NCBI GenBank assembly: GCA_009914755.4
Contig: CP068257.2
Coordinates: forward strand, 31,616,001-31,680,000
Direction of reading: 5' to 3'
Source: the human T2T-CHM13v2.0 reference genome, Homo sapiens
DNA length: 64,000 nt
Shown here in pieces: positions 15,589 through 30,141 of the stretch. The notes beneath the pieces are model-generated. The model made no database searches. It was not told the DNA's origin and saw only the letters and a list, made by a program, of their open reading frames with translations. Positions within the stretch are counted from its first letter, which is position 1; every line of letters starts with the position of its first letter. A program made the position numbers and the translations under genes.

Positions 15589-16296
15589 AATTTTCATAAC
15601 TTTTTAGCCTGGCCATTTCCTAACCTGCCACCGTTGGAAGCCATGGATATGGTGGAGGTCATTTACATCAACAGAAAGAAGAAAGTGTGGGATTATAATT
15701 ATGATGATGAAAGTGATAGCGATACTGAGGCAGCGCCCAGGACAAGTGGCGGTGGCTATACCATGCATGGACTGACTGTCAGGCCTCTGGGTCAGGCCTC
15801 TGCCACCTCTACAGAATCCCAGTTGATAGACCCGGAGTCCGAGGAGGAGCCTGACCTGCCTGAGGTTGATGTGGAGCTCCCCACGATGCCAAAGGACAGC
15901 CCTCAGCAGTTGGAACTCTTGAGTGGGCCCTGTGAGAGGAGAAAGAGTCCACTCCAGGACCCTTTTCCCGAAGAGGACTACAGCTCCACGGAGGGGTCTG
16001 GGGGCAGAATTACCTTCAATGTGGACTTAAACTCTGTGTTTTTGAGAGTTCTTGATGACGAGGACAGTGACGACTTAGAAGCCCCTCTGATGCTATCGTC
16101 TCATCTGGAAGAGATGGTTGACCCAGAGGATCCTGATAATGTGCAATCAAACCATTTGCTGGCCAGCGGGGAAGGGACACAGCCAACCTTTCCCAGCCCC
16201 TCTTCAGAGGGCCTGTGGTCCGAAGATGCTCCATCTGATCAAAGTGACACTTCTGAGTCAGATGTTGACCTTGGGGATGGTTATATAATGAGATGA
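15589..16296 (+). CDS. IFNAR2: IFNAR2 terminal coding exon (cytoplasmic domain, long isoform). It reads NFHNFLAWPFPNLPPLEAMDMVEV...DVDLGDGYIMR followed by a stop; 3'UTR follows.
   Basis: Exact match to the C-terminal 235 aa of IFNAR2c. The acceptor AG is at 15587-15588 and the TGA stop ends at 16296. It contains ORF 15634..16296. Confidence 0.92.
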   Translation, partial: NFHNFLAWPFPNLPPLEAMDMVEVIYINRKKKVWDYNYDDESDSDTEAAPRTSGGGYTMHGLTVRPLGQASATSTESQLIDPESEEEPDLPEVDVELPTMPKDSPQQLELLSGPCERRKSPLQDPFPEEDYSSTEGSGGRITFNVDLNSVFLRVLDDEDSDDLEAPLMLSSHLEEMVDPEDPDNVQSNHLLASGEGTQPTFPSPSSEGLWSEDAPSDQSDTSESDVDLGDGYIMR

Positions 16297-16639
16297 CTCC
16301 AAAACTATTGAATGAACTTGGACAGACAAGCACCTACAGGGTTCTTTGTCTCTGCATCCTAACTTGCTGCCTTATCGTCTGCAAGTGTTCTCCAAGGGAA
16401 GGAGGAGGAAACTGTGGTGTTCCGTTCTTCCAGGTGACATCACCTATGCACATTCCCAGTATGGGGACCATAGTATCATTCAGTGCATTGTTTACATATT
16501 CAAAGTGGTGCACTTTGAAGGAAGCACATGTGCACCTTTCCTTTACACTAATGCACTTAGGATGTTTCTGCATCATGTCTACCAGGGAGCAGGGTTCCCC
16601 ACAGTTTCAGAGGTGGTCCAGGACCCTATGATATTTCTC

Positions 16640-16956
16640 TTCTTTCGTTCTTTTTTTTTTTTTTTTTGAGACAGAGTCTCGTTCTGTCGCCCAAGCTGGA
16701 GCGCAATGGTGTGATCTTGGCTCACTGCAACATCCGCCTCCCAGGTTCAAGTGATTCTCCTGCCTCAGCCTCCCTCGCAAGTAGCTGGGATTACAGGCGC
16801 CTGCCACCATGCCTAGCAAATTTTTGTATTTTTAGTAGAGACAGGATTTTACCATGTTGGCCAGGCTGGTCTCAAACTCCTGACCTCAAGTGATCTGCCC
16901 TCCTCAGCCTCGTAAAGTGCTGGGATTACAGGGGTGAGCCGCTGTGCCTGGCTGGC
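16640..16956 (-). mobile_element. Alu (antisense) inside the IFNAR2 3'UTR; TSD ct(a/g)tgatatttct
   Basis: Consensus match. The TSD copies are at 16625-16637 and 16957-16970. Confidence 0.9.
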
Positions 16957-16974
16957 CCTGTGATATTTCTGTGA

Positions 16975-16980
16975 AATAAA
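16975..16980 (+). terminator. IFNAR2: Candidate IFNAR2 polyadenylation signal AATAAA, placing the 3'UTR end near 17000
   Basis: This is the only canonical AATAAA between the IFNAR2 stop and the IL10RB promoter. It lies immediately downstream of the antisense Alu in the 3'UTR. Confidence 0.5.
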
Positions 16981-17462
16981 TTGGGCCAGGGTGGGAGCAG
17001 GGAAAGAAAAGGAAAATAGTAGCAAGAGCTGCAAAGCAGGCAGGAAGGGAGGAGGAGAGCCAGGTGAGCAGTGGAGAGAAGGGGGGCCCTGCACAAGGAA
17101 ACAGGGAAGAGCCATCGAAGTTTCAGTCGGTGAGCCTTGGGCACCTCACCCATGTCACATCCTGTCTCCTGCAATTGGAATTCCACCTTGTCCAGCCCTC
17201 CCCAGTTAAAGTGGGGAAGACAGACTTTAGGATCACGTGTGTGACTAATACAGAAAGGAAACATGGCGTCGGGGAGAGGGATAAAACCTGAATGCCATAT
17301 TTTAAGTTAAAAAAAAAAAAAGCAAACACAAAGATGCTTCAAGATCTTCAGGAGAAGTATGGTATACAAGTTTCAGGGACCCTATTTGACAATTTTCAGA
17401 GTGCTCTCTATGCTGATTCCGAGTCGAGTGTGTCAGCTGTGATTACAGTGCCTGTGGATCTA

Positions 17463-17793
<331 letters not shown>

Positions 17794-18362
17794 GAGTTGG
17801 TGGGGAGAGGTTCTAGAATGTCATGTAGCAACCAGTTTAAGGACTGGGACTCAGGGATCCAACTCCCACAGTTTCCCTGTGTGACCCTAGGCATTTGACT
17901 TAGCCTTTCTGAGCCTCAGGTTTTTTGTTTCTGAAGTAAAAGGATTGGACTAGGTAATCTCCAAGATCCTAGGAACCCAGGAGAAAGATGAGAAAATGTA
18001 CAAGAATGAACACTCAGGTGGAAATGCTGCAATCCTGAGAAGCTCCCAGGATGAATGAAAGGCACAGGACCTCTTACCCCTCACCCCTGCCCCCCTCAAG
18101 AGCTGGTTTCTCAAACCTTTCTCTTAGGCCCCTTCAAAGGGGGAAAACTAAAAATTATACAAGTTATAGTTCAAGGACTTTAAATAGATTATTTATATGA
18201 TTGCTCATAAGGATGAGGCTGTGAGGAGGGAACACCTTATTTAATCTAATGAAATTCCATAGGAAAGAGGCCTTTTGTATATTGAATCAATTTATCTGCC
18301 TTCTCAGTGCATCTGTCATATTCTGAAAGATTCTGGGTTGATCTTTTGCGATAACCTCTATG

Positions 18363-18392
18363 GCTGTGAGTGTGTGTGTGTGTTTGTGTATT
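18363..18392. repeat. Short (GT)n microsatellite in the IFNAR2-IL10RB intergenic region
   Basis: gctgtgagtgtgtgtgtgtgtttgtgtatt. Confidence 0.8.
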
Positions 18393-18989
18393 TTTTAACA
18401 TTTTGTATAATGATTGGAGGTTGGTAAAAAGTAACACAACAGTACTTTTTTAATACAAACTTGGTGTGGTCTTGAGTTGTCTTCCATTGGAGAGCGTACG
18501 TGTGCCACAGATTGGTGCACCTGCCGGCATCTCTAGGATTGCACCAACTCCCTCTAGCTCTTCTTGGTGGCCTGCAGGGGCCTAGGGCGCATTCACTTCC
18601 CTCTGCTTGACTTTACGTGGTGTTCTAGCGTCAGACATCAGGCGATGCCGTGCATTACCCAAGACACTGGACAGCTCCGGATCTTCCCGTCTAACCACTA
18701 ATCAAGTTAAAAAGAGGAAATTAACGCTTTCTTAGTAGTCTCTGAAAGAAACTAGTTATTTGCGTAAAGATGACTTGGTTTTGTGTTGTTTATCCCTGGG
18801 GAGAAGGGTAAAGAAGACCCTCAAACTGGATTTGCTGCTGAAGTGCTTTTAACTCACCTGTGCGGAGAGCGGACTTCAAGAGAGGGCGTGCCGGTGCTCC
18901 GGACAAAACCTGGGGAATACTGAAAGCCACCACCACCACCGTCATTCCAGCATGCAGATCTCAGTCCTGGGTTGGTGTTGTAGGGCATT

Positions 18990-19560
18990 TATTTATTTGA
19001 CTTGACGGCGCCTTTCAAAGCTTGCGAGGATCCCTTCCTCTTCCTCGTGTGCATCTGCCAAGCCTGTGCCCCGCGCCTCGCGGGTGGACCCGGGCTGGTG
19101 GGCGGGGCCTGCAGCGGGGTGGGAGCCCGGTCGCCCGGCCCCTCCCCACCCCGCCCCGCCCATCTCCGCTGGTTCCCGGAAGCCGCCGCGGACAAGCTCT
19201 CCCGGGCGCGGGCGGGGGTCGTGTGCTTGGAGGAAGCCGCGGAACCCCCAGCGTCCGTCCATGGCGTGGAGCCTTGGGAGCTGGCTGGGTGGCTGCCTGC
19301 TGGTGTCAGGTGAGGGGTCCGCGGGGAGGGGGCGCGCTTGGGAACCGGGAGGCCCCGCGAGATGCCGCCCCTGATCCCATCCCTGGGCGCCCTGCAAGTG
19401 ACTTAAGAGCCTTCGGGGCCTCGGGAGAGAAGATGCAAACGCCACGGCCGGCTGCTGAGACGCAACTAGGCTGCTGCTGCCGTCGATTCTGTAACAGGAG
19501 AAAGCCCCATCCGCGCCCGGATTACAGACCGTCTGGGCCCTAAACTCAGGGGGAGACTCC
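18990..19560. promoter_or_regulatory. IL10RB: IL10RB CpG-island promoter, TATA-less. GC boxes at about 19101-19110 and 19144-19164, and an ETS-like CCGGAAG at 19176-19184. It also covers the 5'UTR and exon 1.
   Basis: CpG density is very high, with Sp1-type GGGCGGGGCC and CCCCGCCCCGCCC motifs. The ATG at 19261 follows directly. The long spurious ORFs on both strands are typical of GC-rich islands. Confidence 0.75.
19261..19309 (+). CDS. IL10RB: IL10RB exon 1 coding part: MAWSLGSWLGGCLLVS plus 1 nt (signal peptide). 5'UTR lies upstream.
   Basis: Exact match to the N-terminus of human IL-10 receptor beta. The donor is GTGAGG at 19310. Confidence 0.92.
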
Positions 19561-20243
19561 CGGCGTCTTTTGATTCCCTGTCCTCCTGCAGCTCTCTGCT
19601 GGCGGGCGTCTAAATAAAGTAGCTTCCCCAAAAGACCCAAGATCCCACCGTGGCTGTCATCTGACCCTTCTGGAGACTATCAGTTCAAGTGGAGGCCCCC
19701 ACCAGTCCCCGAGTGCCCTGACAGCCCTCCCTGACCCCAAGTCTGCCCCCTCAGTGCCAGCCCTCCCTACAGATGTGCCTCCCATCACCCGCTGCACCTC
19801 CCCTCCTTCCGGTTCAGGCCCGAGCACCCTGAAATCTGGATTCTGTCCCCCAGCGCCCCAGCTCCATGGCTTCTAAACCTAAATCCATTGAAACCTTTTC
19901 TGTCCTCTAAATTGACTGCCTAGGTTCCAATAACACCATGGTCACCTCCTTCCTTTCTCATGAACTCTTCCCTGGCCTTCCGGGATACCCCTCCGGTTTC
20001 CCGCCCTGTCAGGCTGTCTCTGCTTGGGACCCTCCTGCTCTGTCAGGTTTCTATGTAGCTAATTGTGATGCCCAAGGCCTTTTCTCTCCTTCCCTGGCAC
20101 TGTTCCTTTGGGGGATTTCAGCCAAACCCTGGCATTAAACACGGGCTATAGGCCCATGACTCGCACATTTATATCTCTCTTGGTACCAGTTGGGTGATGG
20201 GTGGTGGTTTATTATAGTCTTCTACTTTTCTACTTGCATGTAG

Positions 20244-20654
<411 letters not shown>

Positions 20655-21186
20655 TAGCCCACATCTCTTCTTGGTGTGACCTCTGGGCTCATTCATCTGG
20701 CTGTCTCCCTGACATTCCTACTTCAGCCTCTCTCCAGCATCTCCAACCTAATGCAGCTCAAATGGGACTCGTGAGTTCCCCAGCTGAGCTCCAATCGGGG
20801 CACCAGCTGCTTAAGCCCAAAATGGACATTGACCTCAGCTTTTATGCATCAAATGTATCAGGAAGTCTCCAGTTTGTTTTTACGTCTGGAAATATATCTG
20901 AAATCCATGTGCCCACCCTACCCCCTCATAGCTTTCTGCCACCAGACAAATCCAAGGCTCCTTTGTCTGTCCCCATTTTACTCCTGCCCCTCCAGAAATT
21001 TCTCCTCACGGCTGTTCAAAGAAAATCTAGACTCCTCAGCACAGCCAACCTGTCTCTCCCTCCCTCACCCACGTGGCCTTTGAAGACATGGAGCCATAGA
21101 GGAGAACCAAGTGCTGGATGTGGGCTTTTTCATGGGCATCTGTTTTGAGGAGAAAAGTTGTAAATGTTTTTGTCTTATTTTCATAG

Positions 21187-21310
21187 CATTGGGAATGGTA
21201 CCACCTCCCGAAAATGTCAGAATGAATTCTGTTAATTTCAAGAACATTCTACAGTGGGAGTCACCTGCTTTTGCCAAAGGGAACCTGACTTTCACAGCTC
21301 AGTACCTAAG
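21187..21310 (+). CDS. IL10RB: IL10RB exon 2: (A)LGMVPPPENVRMNSVNFKNILQWESPAFAKGNLTFTAQYL(S)
   Basis: Exact match. The acceptor AG is at 21185-21186 and the donor is GTGGGT at 21311. Codon K47 (AAA) sits at 21276-21278. Confidence 0.92.
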
Positions 21311-22398
21311 GTGGGTCTGGCCTCACTATTGGCAGGAACGCACCGGAGGAGCCAGCCCTGGGCTGGTCACTGGGTTGGGCCACAGGAGGAAGGGAGTCTG
21401 ACTACGGTCACCGTGTGACTGTGACAACCCTCAGGGAGCCTCCCTGCCAGCCTTTTGCTGTCTGGGAAATTCTCGTGGCCACCTTTTCTCTTTTAGGTTT
21501 TCTAGTTGTGATGGTTGACGATTTGACTGTTAATCACAGGGCTGCTGGCAGATACAGACATTTTATCATGCGTATGTAGATATAATCAGCCATAGTGGTA
21601 ACCTCATGCTGTGCCCATCCCAGCTTGTTTGTCACAGTTGATATATTTTAAAAGAAAAATACCACTGCTGTCATCTCTAGGTATGAGTAGTATTGCTGGA
21701 AGTCAGCAATGTTGAGTGGATGCTACCCAAGAAACTGAGATATGCAAAGCGGTCAGGAAGCCCCTTGCTACCATATATCACCTGTTCCCCTCCAATGGAT
21801 TATAACATCATGCCCCAGTGCCATGCGCGATGCACATAATTTGCATAATGAGTGCTCAGTTTCTCCGTGGTTCCATCCTGAAATTAAAAGTAAGACAGCT
21901 ACTGACTGTTAAAAACCCCATTCTCGGACAACAGCAGGGGCTGTGAAGGAAGAGTGAGTGTCACCCTAGACGGTCATCTCAGTGGTGATCTGAACGCCCT
22001 CTACCTCTCCTGCCTGTCAGTGTTTCCCTACGCCTGGTGAAGGAAGTCAGTGCCAGCACTCCCTTGGCAGCCTGCCACCATACGCCACATGCTGGACTGC
22101 AGGTGACACACCTTTAGGCCAGGCGCAAACAGCAGCAGGAGGCCCAAGGCTGACAAGCCAACACACCTGCTTTCTGTGTGACTCAGAAACATACGAAGAT
22201 AGACAAGTCCTTCAGTGAGGCAGGAGGAAATTTCTTCCCAGATCCAGCTGTCATTTCACAAAAATCCCCAAGGCCTGCTACATCAGAGAAGAAGTAGAAA
22301 GGTGAATAAGATAGTCCTCGTCTGTGCATTGCTGGCTTTTGTTTTTTAACTTTTAGTTCAAAATAATTCCAGACTAACAGAACATTTCAAAATTTTAA

Positions 22399-22751
<353 letters not shown>

Positions 22752-23099
22752 AGGTTCACCAATTTTTAATGTTGGTCACATTCTCTCCCTTCCTCTCTCT
22801 CTCTCATGCCCTTTGTGCTGTAATATTTCACTGTGTATTTCACAAGAACAAGGATAATCTCTTACATCACATAGTACAGTGAGAAGCTCAGGAACTTTTA
22901 CATTCATAAAATACTTGTATCTAATTTACAGTCCATAGTCCAGTACTGTCAGCTGTCCCAAGGATTGAAGGAGGGCATACTCTATAATTAATTTTTTTCC
23001 TGATGTGCATTTTCTAGTACTGATTGGCTTTATCATTTGCTTTCTGTGCTGTCTCTACTCAGTCTGAATAGCCACGGAGATTTTACTGTGGAAAATTAA

Positions 23100-23767
<668 letters not shown>

Positions 23768-24240
23768 CATGCCATGCCTTTTTGCCATTATAGTCGAGGC
23801 ACTTGGCTTTGCATGTTTATCTTTTATGTTAGCGATCCCAATGACTTCATGAAGTGACTTCATGAGGGTATCCACACCTGGGTTCCAGGTCTCCCCCGCG
23901 TGGAACTACAGAGTGAGTATGGCATGTGCTGGAGAAAACAAAATATGTGCTGGCCGTGTCCTTGGGGAAGATATTTGATCCCTAAAGATGTGATTGCCTC
24001 ATGTGGCTCTACAAAAGAGTTGTTTAGAGTTTAGCATGAGCAATTGCACAGCACAAACTCTCTGTTGTTTGCGTGCATTGGGGCAGGGCGTCCAGAGCCG
24101 GGGGCACTTCAGAGGATGTACTGGTGATTTTAATATAAAAACATCCAAAACAATTAGATGTAAATATGAGGAATGGGTCATATTACCTATTTAATGCGGG
24201 GAGAAGTATTTGTACATGCAATAAAAATAACCTAGTGAAG

Positions 24241-24534
24241 GCCAGGCGCGGTGGCTCATGCCCGTAATCCCAGCACTTTGGGAGGCCGAGGTGGGTGGAT
24301 CACCTGAGATCAGGAGTTCGAGACCAGCCTTACCAACATGGCAAAACCCCATCTTTACTAAAAATACAAAATTAGCCGGGTATGGTGGTGCATACCTGTA
24401 GTCCCAGCTACTCAGAAGGCTGAGGCAGGAGAATCACTTGAACCCAGGAGGCAGAGATTGCAGCAAGCTGAGATTGCACCATTGCACTCCAGCCTGGGTG
24501 ACAGAGTGAGACTCCATCTCAAAAAAAAAAAAAA
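24241..24534 (+). mobile_element. Alu (sense); TSD aacctagtgaa
   Basis: Consensus match. The TSD copies are at 24229-24240 and 24533-24543. Confidence 0.9.
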
Positions 24535-24620
24535 CCTAGTGAAAAAGATGTTATTGCAAAACAACTTTTGAAATACTGCACATGCTGGACAATTGATGCA
24601 TTAGTTTAAAAGAAGGAAAT

Positions 24621-24735
24621 GGGCCAGTAATCCCAGTACTTTGGGGGGCCAAGGTAGGATAATCATTTGAGGCCAGGAGTTCAAGACCAGCCTGGGCAAC
24701 ATAGCAGCCCCTTGTCTCTACAATTTTTTTTTTTA
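24621..24735 (+). mobile_element. Alu monomer fragment (sense)
   Basis: gggccagtaatcccagtactttggggggccaagg ... gaccagcctgggcaacatagc. Confidence 0.75.
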
Positions 24736-25213
24736 ATTAGCTGGACTTGAGTTGGAAAGAAGGAAGGCGGAAGGGAAGAAAGAAGGTAGGGAGGAAAAAA
24801 AATATGGCCACATGTGAGAAAACCCCCTTAATGAAATGACCGCTGGATTTTCCAAATGATGGGATGTTAAGCAGCCGTGAAGAAATGGTTGATTGACAAA
24901 TATTTGTGGTATATTAAGTGAAAAAATAGCATGATCCCAATGATCTCTATCTACTTTTTGCAAGGGATTTTTCTAGGTATCACTAAGAATGCTGTGAGAT
25001 GTGATGTGCTACCTTAGACTATGAAGTCAAACAGATCTGAGTTCAGTTGGGCAGATTTCTTAGGCTCTCCACGCCTGACCCCTGTGTACTTAATAAATGT
25101 TGGCTGTTGTTATTTTTATCACCATCACTTTCATCATCACTTCTGGGAGCAACCAAATTGGTTTTGGCACCAGAAGATGTCTTGGGGGACCAATCAGATA
25201 GCTCCTCACTTTT

Positions 25214-25538
<325 letters not shown>

Positions 25539-26943
25539 AGCTCCTCACTTTTTGCAGGATGAGAGCCTGGGCTTCCTTTGATCACGTGGAGCCAATTACA
25601 CCTCCTTGGCTGTTGCGAGCTTAGATTCAGGAGATTGTATTTCCCTAGCATCCAACAGGCATGTCCAAATGTCATCTCTTTTCTTCCACTTCACTTTCTG
25701 TCATGTTCCCTTTAGCGGTTGCTGTCGGGGCTGGTGTTCTGACTGAGACTGATGAATTGTTTTATAATTTTTCCAGAGTAATTGCAATGATAGTCATTTA
25801 TAGGACAGGACAGTCACGGGTCACTTAACAACTGGGGTAGATTCTGAGAAATGCATCATTAGACAGTTTTGCTGTGTGAACGTCATGCAGTGTACTTGCA
25901 CAAACCTAGATGGTGTAGCCTCGTATACACCTAGGCTATGTGGTTTAGCCTATTGCCCCAGGCTGTAAACCTGTACAGCATGTTACTGTACTGAGTGCTG
26001 TAGGCAATCGTAACACAATGGTATTTGTATACAGGCATATCACAGAGATAAGGCAGTTTTGGTTCCAGACTAACACAATAAAGCTAAAACCACAATAGAG
26101 TGAGTCACATGAATTTTTTTGTTTCCCGGTGCATCTAAAAATTATGTTTATACTGTAGTCCATTAAGTGTGTGATAGCGTTATGTCTAAAAAAATGTGCA
26201 CAGCTTAATTTTAAAATATTTACTTGCGGAAAAATGGTAGCAATCATCAGAGCCTTCAGCAAGTCATAATCCTTTTGCTCGTGGAGCATCTTGCCTTGAT
26301 ATGGATGGCTGCTGACTGATCAGGGTAGTGGTTGCTGAGTTGCAGTGACTGTGACAATTTCTTGAAATAAGATGACAATGAAGTCTGCTGCATCAACTAA
26401 CTCTTCCTTTCATGACAGATTTCTCTGTAGCATGAGATGCTGTTCGGTAGCATTTTACTCACAGAAGAACTTCTTTCAAAATTGGAATCCTTTCAAACCC
26501 TGCTATCAACTAAGTTTATGTAATATTCTAAATCCTTTGTTGTCATTTCAACAATGTTCATAGCATCTTCACCAGGAATAAATTCCATCTCAAGAAACCA
26601 CTTTCTTTGCTCACTCATTAGAAACAACTCTTCATCTGTTCAACTTTTATCATGAGATTGGAGCAATTCAGTCGCATCTTCGGGTTCCGCTTCTAATTCT
26701 AGTTATCTTGCTGTTTTCACCACATCTGCAGTTACTTCCTCCACTGAAGTCTTGAACCCCTTAAAGTCATCTATGAGGGTTGGAATCAGCTTCTTCCAAA
26801 CCCCTGTTAATGTTATATTTTGACCTCCTCCTATGAATCACCAGTGTTCTTAATGGCATTTTGAATGGTGAATCCTTTCTGGGAGGTTTTCAATTTACCT
26901 TGCCCAGATCCATCAGAGAAATCACTATCTATGGCAGCTATAA

Positions 26944-27285
<342 letters not shown>

Positions 27286-27945
27286 TAATAAGATTTGAAA
27301 GTCGAAATAACTCCTTGACCCATGGGCTACAGAATGGATGTTGTGTTAGCAGGCATGAAAACAGCATTAATTTCCTTTTAAATCTCCATCAGAGTTCTTG
27401 GGGAACCAGGTACATTGTCAATGAGAGGTAATATTTTGAGAGAAAACTTTTTATCCTGAGCAGTAGGTCTTAATACTGGGCTTAAAATATTCAGTAAACC
27501 ATGCTGTAAACAGATGTGCCGTCCTCCAGGCTTTGTTGCTCCATTTGTAGAGCACAGGCAGAGTAGATTTGGCATAATTCTTAAGAGCTCTCTGATTTTC
27601 AAAATGGTAATCCAGTGTTGGCTTCAACTTAAAGTCACCAGCTACATTAGCCCTTAACAAGAGTCAGCCTGTTCTTTGAAGCTTTGAAGCCAGGCATTGA
27701 CTTCTCCTCTGTAACTATGAAAGTCCTAGATGACATCTTAATAGAAGGTTGTTTCATCTACATTAAAAATCTGTTGTTTAGAGTATCCACCTTCATCATT
27801 TTAGCTAGATTTTAGCTAGATCTTCTGGATAACTTGCTGCAGCTTCTACATGGGCACTTGCTGCTTCACCTTGCACTTTTATATTATGGAGATGGCTTCT
27901 GTCCTTAAACCTTATGAACCAACCTCTGCTAACTTCCAACTTTTC

Positions 27946-28248
27946 TTTTTTTTTTTTTTTTTTTTTGAGATGGAGTCTCGCTCTGTTGCCCAAGCTGGAA
28001 TACAGTGACACAATCTCGGCTTATTGCAACCTCTGCCTCCCGGGTTCAAGTGATTCTCCTGCCTCAACCTCCTGAGTAGCTGAGATTACAGGTGCATGCC
28101 ACCATGCCCGGCTAATTTTTTTGTATTTTTAGTAGAGGTGGGGTTTCACCATGTTGGTCAGGCTGGTCTTGAACTCCTGACCTGATGATCCGCCCACCTC
28201 AGACTCACAAAGTGCTGGGATTACAGGCGTGAGCCACCACACCCAGCC
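27946..28248 (-). mobile_element. Alu (antisense) nested in Tigger1; TSD ccaacttttctt
   Basis: Consensus match. The TSD copies are at 27934-27945 and 28249-28260. Confidence 0.9.
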
Positions 28249-29388
28249 CCAACTTTTCTTCTGCAGTTTCCTCACCTCTTTAAGCCTTCACAGAATTGGA
28301 GTGTTAGGGTCTTGCTGTGGATTAGACTTTGGCTTAAGGGAATGGTGTGGCTGGTTTGATCTTCTATCCAGACCACTGAGACTTTCTGCATATTTTCAAT
28401 AAGGCTGTTTTACTTTCTTATTATTAATGTGTTCACTGGAGTAGCACTTTAAATTTCCTTCAACAACTTTTCCTTTGCATTCACAACTTGGCTAACTGTT
28501 TGGCCCAAGGGGCCTGTTGTGGCCTGCAATATGCCTTCCTCACTAAGCTTAATCCTTTGCAGCTTTTGGAATAGGGATGCCCGAGGAGAAGGAGAGAGGC
28601 AGGAGAGTGGACAGTGGGTGGAGAAGTCAGAACACTCACAACATCTATTGATTAATTTCACTGTCTTATATAGGTGTGGTTCATGGTACCCCAAAACAAT
28701 TACAACAGTAACATCAAAGATCACTGATCACAGATCACCATAACACATATAATCATGATGAAAAGTTTTGAAATATTGCGAGAATTACCAAAATGTGACA
28801 TAAAGACATGAAGTGAGCATGTGCTGTTGGAAAAATGGCACCAATAGACTTGCTCAATGCAGGGTTGCTGCAGACCTTCGATTTGTAAAATGCAATATCT
28901 GTGAAGTACAGTAAAGCAAATCACAATAAAATGAGGTATGTCTACATCTAAATGTATTTAAACATAGAAAAGGTACAGTAAAAATACAGTATCATTATCT
29001 TAGGGCATCAACGTTGTATATGTGGTCTGTCATCTACCGAAATGTCATTATGCAGCACATGACTTTATTGAAAATCATTGTAATATCTTTATTTTGGTAA
29101 ATTTTTGTAAATCAATGTCTCATAAATCACATGCCCCTGTTTTCAAAAATACGTAATCAAGGAAGCAAGCTTTCTTGGTCAAGTATGCTGAATACTCAAC
29201 CCCTTGGAGAGGCACGTAGTCATTAAGATGTTCAAGTCTCTGAGAAGTTCTGTTTTGAAGACACGTATTTCTATGTTTAACACAGTTTCCACTCCCGCGC
29301 CGCCCCCCCCTCCAAATTAAGTACCAGTCAGCCTCAGGGAGACTGAAGCCAGAACTCTCCTGATTGACCTATCTTTTTGATTGTGTAG

Positions 29389-29546
29389 TTATAGGATATT
29401 CCAAGATAAATGCATGAATACTACCTTGACGGAATGTGATTTCTCAAGTCTTTCCAAGTATGGTGACCACACCTTGAGAGTCAGGGCTGAATTTGCAGAT
29501 GAGCATTCAGACTGGGTAAACATCACCTTCTGTCCTGTGGATGACA
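29389..29546 (+). CDS. IL10RB: IL10RB exon 3: (S)YRIFQDKCMNTTLTECDFSSLSKYGDHTLRVRAEFADEHSDWVNITFCPVDD(T)
   Basis: Exact match. The acceptor AG is at 29387-29388 and the donor is GTAAGC at 29547. Confidence 0.92.
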
Positions 29547-30057
29547 GTAAGCCATTTTGTTTTCCCTTTTTTTGTAATGTCATCATCTTGCCTTGTTTTT
29601 TTCCACATTGGTTGGTCCATCAACAAGAATTCTTTGAGGGCCCACAAATGGATGGCCTTGCACAAGGAGCTTAAGGAATATAATAAAGAGAGTTGTATCC
29701 CTAAAGAATTCATGGGAGAGACAGAAAAAGATAGGCATATCATCAATGCAACAATTAAATATAAATCTAACACCTTCAGTGCCTCAAGGATGTGACTATG
29801 TTGGGGCCCGTGCTGTTGAGGAGAAGTTCTGGAAGGATTCTTGTGGTGAATTTTCTGGGAGAAAGTCAGTATGGAATTATGACTTAAACAAAGAAACATA
29901 ACGTGATAGGCAAAAGAATGAAGGCAGATGTAGAGATGGAAAATATGATGCGGACAGCCGGCTTGCCCAGAGCGAAGGACAGAGGGAGGGATAGGGCTGA
30001 TGGCAGGTGGGTTGGGTCAGACTGGTTGGTCAGCATCAAAAATTGTTCCCAGGTTAG

Positions 30058-30141
30058 GTGGAGATTGCAGTGAGCCGAGATCACGCCACTGCACTCCAGC
30101 CTGGGCAATAGAGTGAGACTTGGTCTCAAAAAAAAAAAAAA
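30058..30141 (+). mobile_element. 5'-truncated Alu 3' fragment with A-tail; 16-bp TSD attgttcccaggttag
   Basis: ggtggagattgcagtgagccgagatcacgccactgcactccagcctgggcaatagagtgagac then poly-A. The TSD copies are at 30042-30057 and 30143-30158. Confidence 0.85.

Noticed and set aside
16293-16669. Several 80-112 aa ORFs on both strands just after the IFNAR2 stop
   Set aside because: They lie in the IFNAR2 3'UTR and its Alu and are mutually overlapping. This is typical noise. None continues the IFNAR2 frame.
18993-19640. A 215-aa minus-strand ORF and three overlapping + strand ORFs (103, 173 and 102 aa) around the IL10RB start
   Set aside because: They lie wholly within the CpG island, where stop codons are rare. 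They are Pro/Gly/Arg/Ala-rich with no domain-like sequence. The real coding signal here is the 49-nt IL10RB exon 1 in a different frame.
27378-28011. Minus-strand ORFs with clear pogo/Tigger transposase similarity, considered as a possible domesticated transposase gene
   Set aside because: The reading frame is broken into short pieces by stops and by two Alu insertions. The element retains its terminal repeats, so it is a decayed Tigger1 copy rather than an intact or domesticated gene.
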